Assembly: GCA_031459875.1 (NCBI GenBank)
Contig: JAVKHQ010000005.1
Location: 39,584 to 103,583 of the forward strand
From: Candidatus Fervidifonticultor sextus
GTDB lineage: Bacteria > Sysuimicrobiota > Sysuimicrobiia > Sysuimicrobiales > Humicultoraceae
Length of the DNA stretch: 64,000 nt
Direction of reading: 5' to 3'
Positions 29,293-38,360 of this stretch are shown here, one piece after another (the first letter of the stretch is position 1; the number at the start of each line of letters is the position of its first letter). Both the position numbers and the translations under genes were made by a program. The notes under the pieces were generated by a model. It did no database searches and was not told the DNA's origin. It saw only the letters and a program-made list of their open reading frames with translations.

Positions 29293-29922
29293 ATGCCCAC
29301 CGTGCACATCTTCGACCACCCGCTGATCCGGCACAAGCTCACGATCCTCCGGGACAAGCGCACCGGCCACAAGGAGTTCCGCGAACTGACCGAGGAACTG
29401 GCGATGCTCATGGCCTTTGAGGTGACCCGCGCCCACCCGGTGCGGGAGGTGGAGGTGGAGACGCCGCTGGCGAAGACCACGGGCTGGACCATCGCCGGCC
29501 AGGAGATCGCCGCCATCCCGATCCTGCGGGCCGGGCTCGTCATGGAGTCCGCCATCACCCGGCTGATTCCCACCGCGCGGGTCGGCCACATCGGCATCTA
29601 CCGGGAGCACGACACCCTCCAACCGGTCCAGTACTACGCCAAGCTCCCGCCCGACATCGCCGAGCGGGAGGCCATGATCCTGGACCCGATGCTGGCCACC
29701 GGCGGCTCCATCGTGGCCGCCATCGACATCCTCAAGCATAGCGGCTGCCGGACGATCAAGGTCATGGCCATCATCTCCGCCCCGGAGGGGATCAAGAAAG
29801 TCCACGACGCGCATCCTGATGTGGACATCTACACGGCGGCGGTGGACAGCCACCTGAACGAGAAGGGCTACATCGTCCCGGGGCTGGGTGACGCCGGCGA
29901 CCGGCTCTTCGGGACGAAGTAG
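29293..29922 (+). CDS. upp: Uracil phosphoribosyltransferase.
   Basis: [21 protein letters not shown]...[11 protein letters not shown], 209 aa. ATG 7 nt after GGAGG. Confidence 0.92.
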   Translation: MPTVHIFDHPLIRHKLTILRDKRTGHKEFRELTEELAMLMAFEVTRAHPVREVEVETPLAKTTGWTIAGQEIAAIPILRAGLVMESAITRLIPTARVGHIGIYREHDTLQPVQYYAKLPPDIAEREAMILDPMLATGGSIVAAIDILKHSGCRTIKVMAIISAPEGIKKVHDAHPDVDIYTAAVDSHLNEKGYIVPGLGDAGDRLFGTK

Positions 29923-29955
29923 CCTCAGTCCACCGTCAGCCGAGGTCGTCGCGGG

Positions 29956-30759
29956 ATGTCGGTCTGGGTCGGGACCTCCGGATACGCCTACGCGCACTGG
30001 CGGGGAGTCCTCTATCCTGCAGACCTTCCGCCACGGCGCTGGCTGGCGCACTACGCGGCCGCGTTCGAGGCGGTCGAGTTGAACGTCACGTTCTACCGCC
30101 TGCCCCGGGCGTCCGCCTTCGAGGCCTGGCGCCAGGGGACGCCGGCCGGATTCCGGTTCGCGGTGAAGGGGAGCCGGTTCATCACCCACCTGAAGCGGCT
30201 GGGAGACGCAGGAGAGGCACTCGCGACGTTCTTCGAGCCGGTCCGACGGCTGGGGCCGAAGCTGGCAGCCGTACTCTGGCAGCTGCCCCCGCGGTTCCGG
30301 GCGGACCCCGACCGGCTCGACCGGTTCCTGAGCCAGGCCGCCCGGGCCGCCGGACGCGTCCGCCGCGCCGGGCCGGTCCGGCACGCGCTGGAGTTCCGCG
30401 ACCGGTCGTGGTTCAATGAGGCTGTCTATGAGGTGCTCCGGCGCCACGATGCCGCGCTCGTGCTGGCCGACGCTCCATTCGAGGTGGTCACCGCGCCGCT
30501 GCGGGCGGCCCCCGGGGGGCGGCTCGACACTGTCAGGGTCCCGGTGGTGAGTTCGTGGATGTACCTGCGCCGCCACGGGTCGCGGGGGGACGGCCGCCTT
30601 TCCTACACGGAGGCAGAACTGCGCCGCGATGCCGAGGCCATCGCCGCCTGGGCGCGTCGAGGTGACGTCTTCGTCTTCTTCAACAACGACTATGCCGGGC
30701 ACGCGGTCCGCAATGCCGCCACGCTCCAGCGGCTCGTCGGTGCCCTGATGGCGGGATGA
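29956..30759 (+). CDS. DUF72 (UPF0759/YecE-like) family protein.
   Basis: VGTSGYAYAHWRGVLYP...FYRLP. Confidence 0.75.
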   Translation: MSVWVGTSGYAYAHWRGVLYPADLPPRRWLAHYAAAFEAVELNVTFYRLPRASAFEAWRQGTPAGFRFAVKGSRFITHLKRLGDAGEALATFFEPVRRLGPKLAAVLWQLPPRFRADPDRLDRFLSQAARAAGRVRRAGPVRHALEFRDRSWFNEAVYEVLRRHDAALVLADAPFEVVTAPLRAAPGGRLDTVRVPVVSSWMYLRRHGSRGDGRLSYTEAELRRDAEAIAAWARRGDVFVFFNNDYAGHAVRNAATLQRLVGALMAG

Positions 30760-32525
30760 ATGTTCCGCAGGCCGCCGTGGCCCTGATCTGCGTGGCGCTG
30801 GCGGTCGCCCTGGGGAGCCTTCCCACCGGCGCCGTCGTCGGCCGGCGCCTGCGCGGGGTGGACCTGCGGCGCCTCTCGCCCCACAACCTCGGACTGGGCA
30901 CCGTGGCCGCCCTGGTCGGCGTCCCGGTCCTCGGGCTGGTGGTGGTCCTGGACCTCCTCAAGGGGATGCTGGCCGTCACGGTCGCCTGGGCGCTGGCGCC
31001 GTCGGCATGGACCCTGGCCGCCGCCTCCGCCGGCGCCATGGCGGGCCACGCGTGGGGGCCGTTTCGGTTCCTGGCGCCACCGGTGGCGGCGCGGCTCAAG
31101 GGCGTCGCCGTGGCCTCCGGCACCGTAGTGATGCTGGCCTGGCTGGGGCAGGTCCCGTGGACCTCGGTGGCGATCCCGGCGGCCGTCGGCGGCGGCACGC
31201 TGGCGGCCCCCCGGGCGTTTGGCCCGCGGTGGGGCTACCTGTCGCTGGCGGCCGTGCTGGCTGCCGCCAGCCTGCCGGTGGCGCTCTGGGCGCTGCGCGC
31301 GCCGGTGCCCTACCTCGTCCTCGCGCTGGCCTACGCGGTCCTGACCCTCTGGAACCACAAAGAGCACCTGCTGCGCATCGCCGACGGCGTCGAGCCCCGC
31401 CTGGGCGAGCGCCTGCCGCTGCCGGGCCTGGACAGCGAGGCGGTCTGCGCGTTCCTCATCCACCCCATGACCGTGCGGGACTTCTGGGAAGCCCGACGGT
31501 TCCGGTGGCTCGGGCCGCTGTACCGGCGCGGCCTGATCCCCGACCGGGTCGTGCGCCAGCTGGCGCGCCTTGCCCGCCCGATGAAGGTCGACGACTGGCA
31601 CCCCATCATCACCGCCGACGGCCGTCGCGCCCGCGTCTACCTGATCGGCGCGCCGCTGCTGCCCGACATGATCCGCTCGGACCCGGCGCTGGCGGTCCGC
31701 CGGGCGGTCCAGGCCGCGCACCTGGCATCGAACCTGGGCGCGACCGTGCTGGGCCTGGGCGCCTTCTGGTCGGTCGTCGGCCACAAGGGCACCGATGTGC
31801 AGGCTCAGGCTCCGATCGCCATCACCAACGGCGGCGCCTATACCGCCGGGACTGTCAGGATGGCCATCCCGCTGGTCCTGGACCGGCTGCGCGGGCGGGG
31901 CGTCGAGGTCTCTCGCGCGGTCGCCGCGGTCGTGGGGGCCAACGGGGTCGTCGGCTTCGGCATCTGCCGGGCCGTGGCAGACCGCGTGGGCCGCCTCATC
32001 ATGATCGGGACGGATCAGGAGCGGCTGGAGCGGTCGAGGGAACTGTTGCTGCGCCGGTATCCCAAAACCACGATCGAGGCCACGACGGATCTCGTGCGGC
32101 TGCGCCAGGCCGACGTCATTTTCACGGCCACCTCCGATCCGCGGCCAGTCATCTTTGCCGACCACGTCCGGCCCGGGTGCCTGCTCTTCGACCTGGGCCG
32201 GCCTCCTGATGTGGACGAGTCGGTGCGGACCGTCCCCGGTGTCGAGGTCATCCCCGGAGGGGTCGTCCGGCTGCCCGGGGATCCTCGGGGACGCATCGAG
32301 GATCTGGGCTACGGCCCCGGGCTGGTGCCCGCCTGCCTGGCCGAGACCATCATCATCGCCCTGGACGGCTGCTTCGACCGCAGGAGCCTGGGCGACCGCA
32401 CGCGCAGCGAGGACGTGGACTTCTTTGTCAGTCGCGCCAGCGACCTGGGGTTTCAGGTGCTGACCGCGCTTCCTCCGGCGGTCCGTCCAGGAGTCCCGTC
32501 CCCAGGAGTGGAACCCCATCCCTGA
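30756..32525 (+). CDS. Fusion protein: N-terminal PlsY-family (acyl-phosphate:G3P acyltransferase-like) membrane domain joined to a C-terminal acyl-ACP-reductase (AAR)-like NAD(P)-binding domain.
   Basis: N-terminal region carries HNLGLGT, LDLLKG and GHAWGPF...KGVAVASG, cf. PlsY GSGNLGATN / LDILKG / H..F..KGGKAVAT. C-terminal region carries LGLGAFWSVV, TNGGAYTAG, AVVGANGVVGFGICRAV and LIMIGTDQERLERSRELL, cf. cyanobacterial AAR. Single uninterrupted 589-aa ORF. Confidence 0.6.
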   Translation: MNVPQAAVALICVALAVALGSLPTGAVVGRRLRGVDLRRLSPHNLGLGTVAALVGVPVLGLVVVLDLLKGMLAVTVAWALAPSAWTLAAASAGAMAGHAWGPFRFLAPPVAARLKGVAVASGTVVMLAWLGQVPWTSVAIPAAVGGGTLAAPRAFGPRWGYLSLAAVLAAASLPVALWALRAPVPYLVLALAYAVLTLWNHKEHLLRIADGVEPRLGERLPLPGLDSEAVCAFLIHPMTVRDFWEARRFRWLGPLYRRGLIPDRVVRQLARLARPMKVDDWHPIITADGRRARVYLIGAPLLPDMIRSDPALAVRRAVQAAHLASNLGATVLGLGAFWSVVGHKGTDVQAQAPIAITNGGAYTAGTVRMAIPLVLDRLRGRGVEVSRAVAAVVGANGVVGFGICRAVADRVGRLIMIGTDQERLERSRELLLRRYPKTTIEATTDLVRLRQADVIFTATSDPRPVIFADHVRPGCLLFDLGRPPDVDESVRTVPGVEVIPGGVVRLPGDPRGRIEDLGYGPGLVPACLAETIIIALDGCFDRRSLGDRTRSEDVDFFVSRASDLGFQVLTALPPAVRPGVPSPGVEPHP

Positions 32526-32547
32526 GGCACTACCCCAGGAGAGGCCC

Positions 32548-33384
32548 ATGCGCGTGGGACTGGCGCAGTACGGATCGTCGGCCGACAAGGCCGCCAACCT
32601 GATCCAGGCAGCAGAAGTGGCCCGGGAGGCCGGCCGCCGGGGCGTGGACCTGCTCGTCTTCCACGAGGTCTACATGTACCGCCGGCCCCCGGAGGCGACG
32701 GTGCCGCCTGCGGAGGTCGCCGAGCCCCTGGACGGGCCGTTCATGCAGGGCGTGCGGCGCGCGGCGGCGGAGCACCGGCTCCACCTAGTCATGGGCCTGT
32801 TGGAACGGGCGCCGGGCGAATCCTACCGGGCGTACAACACCGCCGTCCTGGTCGCGCCTTCAGGCCAGGTGCTGGCCGTCTACCGCAAGGTGCACCTCTA
32901 CGACGCCTTCGACGGCAGGGAGTCCGAATCGTTCGTGCCCGGCGACGCACCGCCGCCGGTCGCCGACACCCCGCTGGGCCGCATCGGATTGCAGATCTGT
33001 TACGATATCCGGTTCCCCGAGTGGTCGCGGCTGCTCGCGCTGCAGGGCGCCGAGTACCTGGTGGTGCCGACGCGGTGGGTACCCGGCCCGCTGAAGGAGG
33101 AGCACTGGCTCACGCTGGTGCGGGCCCGCGCCATCGAGAACACCTGCTGGGTGATCGCCGCTGCCGACGTCCCGCCGTATCGCCTGGGCCGGTCGGTGGT
33201 CGTGGATCCCATGGGGGTGGTGGTCGCCGACGGCGGGGAGGAGGCGGGGCTGGTGACGGTGGATGTGGATCCCGATCGGGTGCGGCGCGTCCGCGCGAAG
33301 AACCCGTCGCTGCTCTTCCGCCGCCCCGACCTCTATGGGGCGCTGGCGGAGAAGGGCGTGGCGGCGGCGAACCGTAGGGAGTAG
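32548..33384 (+). CDS. Carbon-nitrogen hydrolase family protein (nitrilase/amidase superfamily).
   Basis: MRVGLAQY...E (catalytic Glu region), ...K, and ICYDIRFPE (catalytic Cys). Confidence 0.8.
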   Translation: MRVGLAQYGSSADKAANLIQAAEVAREAGRRGVDLLVFHEVYMYRRPPEATVPPAEVAEPLDGPFMQGVRRAAAEHRLHLVMGLLERAPGESYRAYNTAVLVAPSGQVLAVYRKVHLYDAFDGRESESFVPGDAPPPVADTPLGRIGLQICYDIRFPEWSRLLALQGAEYLVVPTRWVPGPLKEEHWLTLVRARAIENTCWVIAAADVPPYRLGRSVVVDPMGVVVADGGEEAGLVTVDVDPDRVRRVRAKNPSLLFRRPDLYGALAEKGVAAANRRE

Positions 33385-33433
33385 GTTCGTCACGTTCCGG
33401 GGGGTGCGGAGCCGCAGAGAGTGGGGAGGCTGC

Positions 33434-34756
33434 ATGACCAAAGAGGAAGTCCTCCGTCAGGCCGATGCCCGCGGCGTCCGGTTCGTCCGCCTCCAGTTCA
33501 CCGACATCCTGGGAACCCTCAAGAACGTCGAGATCCCGGTAGAACAACTGGAGAAGGCCTTGGATCGCGAGATCATGTTCGACGGCTCCTCCATCGAGGG
33601 GTTCGTGCGCATCGAAGAGTCGGACATGCTCCTGGTCCCCGACCCTGCGACGTTTGCCGTCTTTCCGTGGAAAGACCAGGAGGGCGTCACCGCGCGACTG
33701 ATCTGCGACGTCTACACGTCAGACGGTGAGCCGTTCCCCGGCGACCCGCGACACGTGTTGCGCCGGGCCATCGAGGCGGCGTCCGGACAGGGATTCGCGA
33801 TGATGGCCGGGCCGGAGTGCGAGTTCTTTCTCTTCCCGACCGATGCGGCCGGGCAGCCGGTGCTGGCCACCCACGACCGGGCGGGGTACTTCGATCTGGC
33901 GCCCCTGGACAAGGGCGAGGAGGCCCGCGCCGACATGGTGACGGCGCTGACCGCCATGGGCTTCGAGGTGGAGGCGGGGCACCACGAGGTCGCCCACGGA
34001 CAGCACGAAATCGACTTCAAGTACACCGACGTGCTGCGGACTGCCGACAACGTGGCCACCTTCCGGTTCGTCGTACGGACGATCGCCGGGCGCCACGGGC
34101 TGCACGCGACGTTCATGCCCAAGCCGATCGCCGGCATCAACGGATCGGGGATGCACACCCACCAGTCGCTGTACCGCGGCGGGCGCAATGCCTTCTACGA
34201 TCCGGACGGCGCCTACCAGCTCAGTGCGACCTGCCTGCACTACGTCGGGGGCCTGCTGGAACACGCCCGCGGGATGGCGGCGGTCACCAACCCCCTGGTG
34301 AACTCCTACAAGCGGCTGGTGCCGGGCTACGAGGCTCCGATCTACATCGCCTGGGCGGAGCGCAACCGCTCGCCGCTGGTGCGGATCCCGGCGGCGCGGG
34401 GCGAGGCCACGCGGGTCGAACTGCGGATGCCGGACCCTTCCTGCAACCCCTATCTGGCGTTGGCGGTCATGCTGATGGCGGGGTTGGACGGGATCGCCCG
34501 GAGGCTGGATCCTGGTCCACCGCTCAACCGCAACATCTACGCGATGACCGAGGACGAACTTGAGCGGTTGCAGATCCGCGTTCTCCCCCGGAACCTGGAC
34601 GAGGCCGTGCGCGAGATGCTCGCCGACCCGCTGGTCTCTAGCGCGCTGGGGGACCACATCGTCGAGCACCTGACCCGCGCGAAACGGCTGGAGTGGCGGG
34701 AGTACCTCGCCCAGGTCCACGCATGGGAGGTGAACCGGTATCTGGCCACCTTCTAG
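33434..34756 (+). CDS. glnA: Glutamine synthetase (type I-like, GlnA).
   Basis: MTKEEVLRQADARGVRFVRLQFTDILGTLKNVEIP...; GS catalytic regions; 440 aa. GGGGAGG RBS. Confidence 0.9.
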   Translation: MTKEEVLRQADARGVRFVRLQFTDILGTLKNVEIPVEQLEKALDREIMFDGSSIEGFVRIEESDMLLVPDPATFAVFPWKDQEGVTARLICDVYTSDGEPFPGDPRHVLRRAIEAASGQGFAMMAGPECEFFLFPTDAAGQPVLATHDRAGYFDLAPLDKGEEARADMVTALTAMGFEVEAGHHEVAHGQHEIDFKYTDVLRTADNVATFRFVVRTIAGRHGLHATFMPKPIAGINGSGMHTHQSLYRGGRNAFYDPDGAYQLSATCLHYVGGLLEHARGMAAVTNPLVNSYKRLVPGYEAPIYIAWAERNRSPLVRIPAARGEATRVELRMPDPSCNPYLALAVMLMAGLDGIARRLDPGPPLNRNIYAMTEDELERLQIRVLPRNLDEAVREMLADPLVSSALGDHIVEHLTRAKRLEWREYLAQVHAWEVNRYLATF

Positions 34757-34785
34757 GCCAGACTCCCCGAGCGAGAGGTGACGGG

Positions 34786-35226
34786 ATGAGGCCGTCCTGG
34801 GACGAGTATTTCCTGCGGATCGCCCAACTGGCGTCCACGCGCTCGACCTGTCTGCGCCGGCACGTCGGCGCGGTGGTCGTCAAGGATCGCATGGTGTTGT
34901 CCACGGGGTACAACGACACGCCGCGCGGACTGCCCAACTGCGGCGACGGCGGCTGCGCGCGGTGCGCCAGCGACGCGCCCACCGGCGTCGGCCTGGACAC
35001 CTGCCTGTGTCTCCATGCCGAACAGAATGCGATCATCCAGGCCGCCTATCACGGTGTCAGCATCAACGGCGCGAGCATCTACGTTACCCACCAGCCCTGT
35101 CTGACCTGCGCCAAGATGATCCTCAACGCCGGAATCCGCCGGGTAGTCTTCGCCGGCGACTACCCCGACCCCACCGCGCGGGAGATGCTGGAGGCCGCGG
35201 GGGTTGAATTGGTGCGCATGATGTGA
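34786..35226 (+). CDS. dCMP deaminase (ComEB-like cytidine/deoxycytidylate deaminase).
   Basis: CLHAEQNAI...HQPCLTCAKMI is the HAE/PCxxC zinc motif. Confidence 0.85.
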   Translation: MRPSWDEYFLRIAQLASTRSTCLRRHVGAVVVKDRMVLSTGYNDTPRGLPNCGDGGCARCASDAPTGVGLDTCLCLHAEQNAIIQAAYHGVSINGASIYVTHQPCLTCAKMILNAGIRRVVFAGDYPDPTAREMLEAAGVELVRMM

Positions 35227-35261
35227 TAGGGTAGGCGTAGTCGACATAGTTGCGTGTTCGG

Positions 35262-35298
35262 ACGGGCGGTGTTGACTGCAGCACCGCCCGTTTCATGT
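35262..35298 (+). terminator. Intrinsic terminator: 10-bp stem (ACGGGCGGTG / CACCGCCCGT) with a 10-nt loop, followed by TTCATGTGT.
   Basis: Seen directly in the sequence, 36 nt after the deaminase stop. Confidence 0.5.
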
Positions 35299-35405
35299 GT
35301 CCGCAGCGTTCGTCCCTCATCCAGGGCCGGGTGAACCGGTGGGCACGCGCAGGATGCCGGCTCAATCCGGCCCGGTTTTCCCGGGTCCAGTAGGAGGAAG
35401 CGACA

Positions 35406-36539
35406 ATTTCCACCATCACGCGCGAGACCGCGTTCGGCGGCCTCGCCCTGCGCCCGGAAACCGTCCGGGCCCTCTTTCGTCTGGGGTGGACCGAACCCAC
35501 TCCGATTCAGGGGAAGGTCATCCCCAGGCTCCTGGCCGGAGCCGACGTGGCCGGCCAGGCCCAGACCGGGTCCGGCAAGACTGGAGCGTTTGCGATTCCC
35601 CTGGTCGAGCGCCTCGACCGGGCGGCCCGGAGGATCCAGGCCCTGGTCCTGGCGCCGACCCGCGAACTGGCCCTGCAGATCGCCGGCGTCGTGCGCGACC
35701 TGGGCGGCCCCGCCGCGCGCGTGGCGACCCTCTACGGCGGCCAGCCCATCGAGCGCCAGTGCAGCGCCCTGCGCGGCGGCACACAGGTGGCGGTGGCCAC
35801 GCCCGGCCGGCTGCTCGACCACCTCAACCGGCGCACGATCCGACTCGACGCCGTCGCGTTCCTGGTCCTGGACGAGGCCGACCGGATGCTGGAGGCGGGC
35901 TTCCTGCCCGACGTCGAGGCGATCCTCCGTCACGTGCCGCGCGAGCGGCAGACGGCGCTGTTCTCAGCCACGCTGCCTCCGGCGGTCAGCGAGATCGCGA
36001 CCCGGCACATGCGGAATCCGGTCTGGATCCGGATTGCCGCGCCGACGCCGACCGTCCAGACCGTCACCCAGTATTACCTGGAGGTCGCCGAGCAGGACAA
36101 GGTCCGGGCGCTGCGGCTGCTGCTGACCAGCGGCGAGGTCCCCTCCGCCCTGGTGTTCCGGCGCACGCGGCGGGGCACCGACCGGCTGGCCAAGGTCCTC
36201 CGCGACCGCGGGATCCCCGTCGAGGTGCTCCACGGCGACATGACGCAGGGCGCACGGCTGCGGGCGCTGGAGGCGTTCGCCCGGGGGAAGGTCCGGGTGC
36301 TCATCGCCACCAACGTGGCCGCCCGGGGGCTCGACCTGCCCGATATCTCCCACGTCATCAACTTCGACATGCCTGAGGATGTTGAGACCTACATCCACCG
36401 GGTCGGCCGGACGGCCCGCATGGGTCGGGACGGGGAGGCGATCACCTTCGTGGGACAGTACGATGTGGAGACCTTCGACCTGATCCAGCGCCGGCTCGGG
36501 GGGGCGCTCCGACCGCACCCGCTGCCGCTGTACCGGTAG
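35406..36539 (+). CDS. DEAD-box ATP-dependent RNA helicase. No canonical start codon; the putative ATT start at 35406 lies 8 nt after an AGGAGG RBS.
   Basis: Q-motif (FGGLALRPETVRALFRLGWTEPTPIQ), motif I (AQTGSGKT), DEAD-box (VLDEADRM), SAT and HRVGRTAR. Between the in-frame TAG at 35391 and the first GTG at 35547 there is no ATG, GTG or TTG, yet the Q-motif is encoded in that stretch. Confidence 0.6.
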   Translation: MSTITRETAFGGLALRPETVRALFRLGWTEPTPIQGKVIPRLLAGADVAGQAQTGSGKTGAFAIPLVERLDRAARRIQALVLAPTRELALQIAGVVRDLGGPAARVATLYGGQPIERQCSALRGGTQVAVATPGRLLDHLNRRTIRLDAVAFLVLDEADRMLEAGFLPDVEAILRHVPRERQTALFSATLPPAVSEIATRHMRNPVWIRIAAPTPTVQTVTQYYLEVAEQDKVRALRLLLTSGEVPSALVFRRTRRGTDRLAKVLRDRGIPVEVLHGDMTQGARLRALEAFARGKVRVLIATNVAARGLDLPDISHVINFDMPEDVETYIHRVGRTARMGRDGEAITFVGQYDVETFDLIQRRLGGALRPHPLPLYR

Positions 36540-36555
36540 GCTCTGGGGGTCGATC

Positions 36556-36599
36556 GGGAAGGGGCGGTGCACCGTCCCTTCTCTTCTGTGCTTCTTTGG
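36556..36599. terminator. Bidirectional intrinsic terminator: 28-nt imperfect hairpin (GGGAAGGGGCGG-TGCA-CCGTCCCTTCTC) followed by a T-rich tract, TTCTGTGCTTCTTTGG.
   Basis: Seen directly in the sequence between the convergent helicase and pit genes. Confidence 0.6.
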
Positions 36600-36610
36600 C
36601 CTTTGACCCG

Positions 36611-37609
36611 TTAGAAGATCCGGCGCAGGAGAAACGCCACCAGCCCGCCGATCAGCGCGCAGGCCGGGAACGTGAGGATCCAGGCCGCCACGATCTCGAG
36701 CCCGACGCCCCACCGCACCGCTGAGAACCGGCGTGTGGCGCCGACCCCCATGATCGCCGTATTGATGGTGTGAGTGGTGCTCACCGGGATGCCCAACCGG
36801 GTGGCCGTCTCGATGGCTGAAGCCGCGGCGGTCTCGGCGGCGAAGCCCTGGTAGGGCTCCAGTTTCGTCACCCGCATGCCCATGGTGTGGACGATCCGCC
36901 ACCCGCCCAGCGCGGTGCCGACCCCCATGGTGGCCGCGCAGGTCAGGATGACCCACAGGGGGACCCGGAACTCCGGCAGGACCCCGCCCAGCACGAGGGT
37001 CAGGGTGAAGACGCCGATGAACTTCTGGCCGTCGTTGCTCCCGTGGCTGAAGGCCATGAACGCGGCCGAGCAGATCTGCAGGCGGCCGAAGAGCCGGCGG
37101 GCCGCACCCAGTGATGTGCGCCTGAATGTCCACGAGATGGCCAGGAGCAGCAGGAACCCCCCTGCAAACCCCAGCACGCTGGAGAACCCCAGCCCGACCA
37201 GGACCTTCTGCCAGCCCTCCCACAGCAGCACGTCGGGACCGGCGGTGGCCAGCCCGGCCCCCGACAGGGCGGCGACGAGGGCGTGGCTCTCGCTGGTAGG
37301 CAGCCCGTGGAGCCACGCCAGGGTGCTCCACACCACGATGGCCAGCATCGCCGCCGCGATCGTGACCGGGTCGACGACCTCGGCCCGCACGATGCCCTTG
37401 CCGATGGTCGCCGCGACCGCGGTCCCCGACATCGCCCCGAGCGCGTTCAACACCGTCGCCATCCCCACCGCCACCGACGGCGTGAGCACCCGCGTCGAGA
37501 CCACGGTCGCGATCGCGTTGGGCGCATCCGTCCAGCCGTTGACGAACTCGGCCGCCAGGACCAGCAGGAGCACGGGGACCAGGCCGGCGGGGAAGACGGT
37601 CTCGCTCAC
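36611..37609 (-). CDS. pit: Inorganic phosphate transporter, PiT family.
   Basis: GWTDAPNAIATVVSTRVL and the C-terminal repeat GIPVSTTHTINTAIMGVG. GTG start overlaps the DUF47 stop as GTGA. Confidence 0.85.
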   Translation of the reverse strand: MSETVFPAGLVPVLLLVLAAEFVNGWTDAPNAIATVVSTRVLTPSVAVGMATVLNALGAMSGTAVAATIGKGIVRAEVVDPVTIAAAMLAIVVWSTLAWLHGLPTSESHALVAALSGAGLATAGPDVLLWEGWQKVLVGLGFSSVLGFAGGFLLLLAISWTFRRTSLGAARRLFGRLQICSAAFMAFSHGSNDGQKFIGVFTLTLVLGGVLPEFRVPLWVILTCAATMGVGTALGGWRIVHTMGMRVTKLEPYQGFAAETAAASAIETATRLGIPVSTTHTINTAIMGVGATRRFSAVRWGVGLEIVAAWILTFPACALIGGLVAFLLRRIF

Positions 37610-38223
37610 AGGTTCTTGGCCCGGATGCCCTGGAGCAGGTGTGCCACATGCTCGCACTGGTCGGTGGCCTCTTCCAGGGTCTCGTAGACTTCTTTCCACT
37701 TGATGACGTCGATGGGGTTCCCGACGTCGGTGAACAGGGTGGCGATGGCCTCGCGCTGCATGCGGTCGGCGAGGTTCTCCAGGCGATTGATCTCGCGGAC
37801 TGTTCCTTCGATGCGTTCCAGGTGTCGGAGGTTCCCGATGGCCTCCGCCACGGCCTCGCACTGGCTGACGATGATGTGCGCCAGTTCCCTCGCCTCGGCC
37901 GTGGAATGGGGAATCCGGTAGACGGCCATGCGGGCCGACGAGGCTTCGATCCAGTCCACGACGTCGTCCAGTTGCTTGGCCAGCCCAAAAAGGTCCTCCC
38001 GATCCAGCGGAACGACGAAGGTTCGGTTGAGGCGGTCGATGATCGCGTGGGTGATCTCGTCCCCCCGGTCCTCCAGCCCTTTGATCGCCTGGGCCTGACG
38101 CTCGACGTCCCGGTAGTCGTCCAGCAGGCCCTTGAGCAGCCGCGCCGACTCCAGGACGTTGGCGGCGGACTGGTTGAACAGGTCGAAGAAGACTTCCTCG
38201 CGGGGCAGGAGCCGCAGCGCCAT
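37606..38223 (-). CDS. DUF47 (PhoU-like, YkaA-type) accessory protein to the phosphate transporter.
   Basis: PhoU-like helical repeats; classic ykaA-pit gene pairing. Confidence 0.8.
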   Translation of the reverse strand: MALRLLPREEVFFDLFNQSAANVLESARLLKGLLDDYRDVERQAQAIKGLEDRGDEITHAIIDRLNRTFVVPLDREDLFGLAKQLDDVVDWIEASSARMAVYRIPHSTAEARELAHIIVSQCEAVAEAIGNLRHLERIEGTVREINRLENLADRMQREAIATLFTDVGNPIDVIKWKEVYETLEEATDQCEHVAHLLQGIRAKNL

Positions 38224-38327
38224 CGGAATCCCTCCAATCGTGAACTCGTGCCATACTTCGGCGGCGTTCCGTCACGGCCTCCATCACGCCCTCTGGCGTC
38301 GCTGGAGGCCCCTGCGGGCAGCAGACG

Positions 38328-38336
38328 TGCTATGCT
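38328..38336 (+). promoter_or_regulatory. Extended -10 element, TGcTATGCT, upstream of the ECF S-component gene.
   Basis: Seen directly in the sequence. Confidence 0.35.
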
Positions 38337-38360
38337 CAGAGGCGGCATTGTGGAGGCACC

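Noticed and set aside
28165-29922. 585-aa plus-strand ORF.
   Set aside because: Only the last 209 aa (upp, starting at 29293 with its own RBS) are genuine. The upstream part is antisense to glyA.
38224-38360. Possible riboswitch upstream of the ECF S-component gene.
   Set aside because: No TPP, FMN, preQ1, cobalamin or THF consensus elements were recognisable. Only a promoter-like TGcTATGCT is present.
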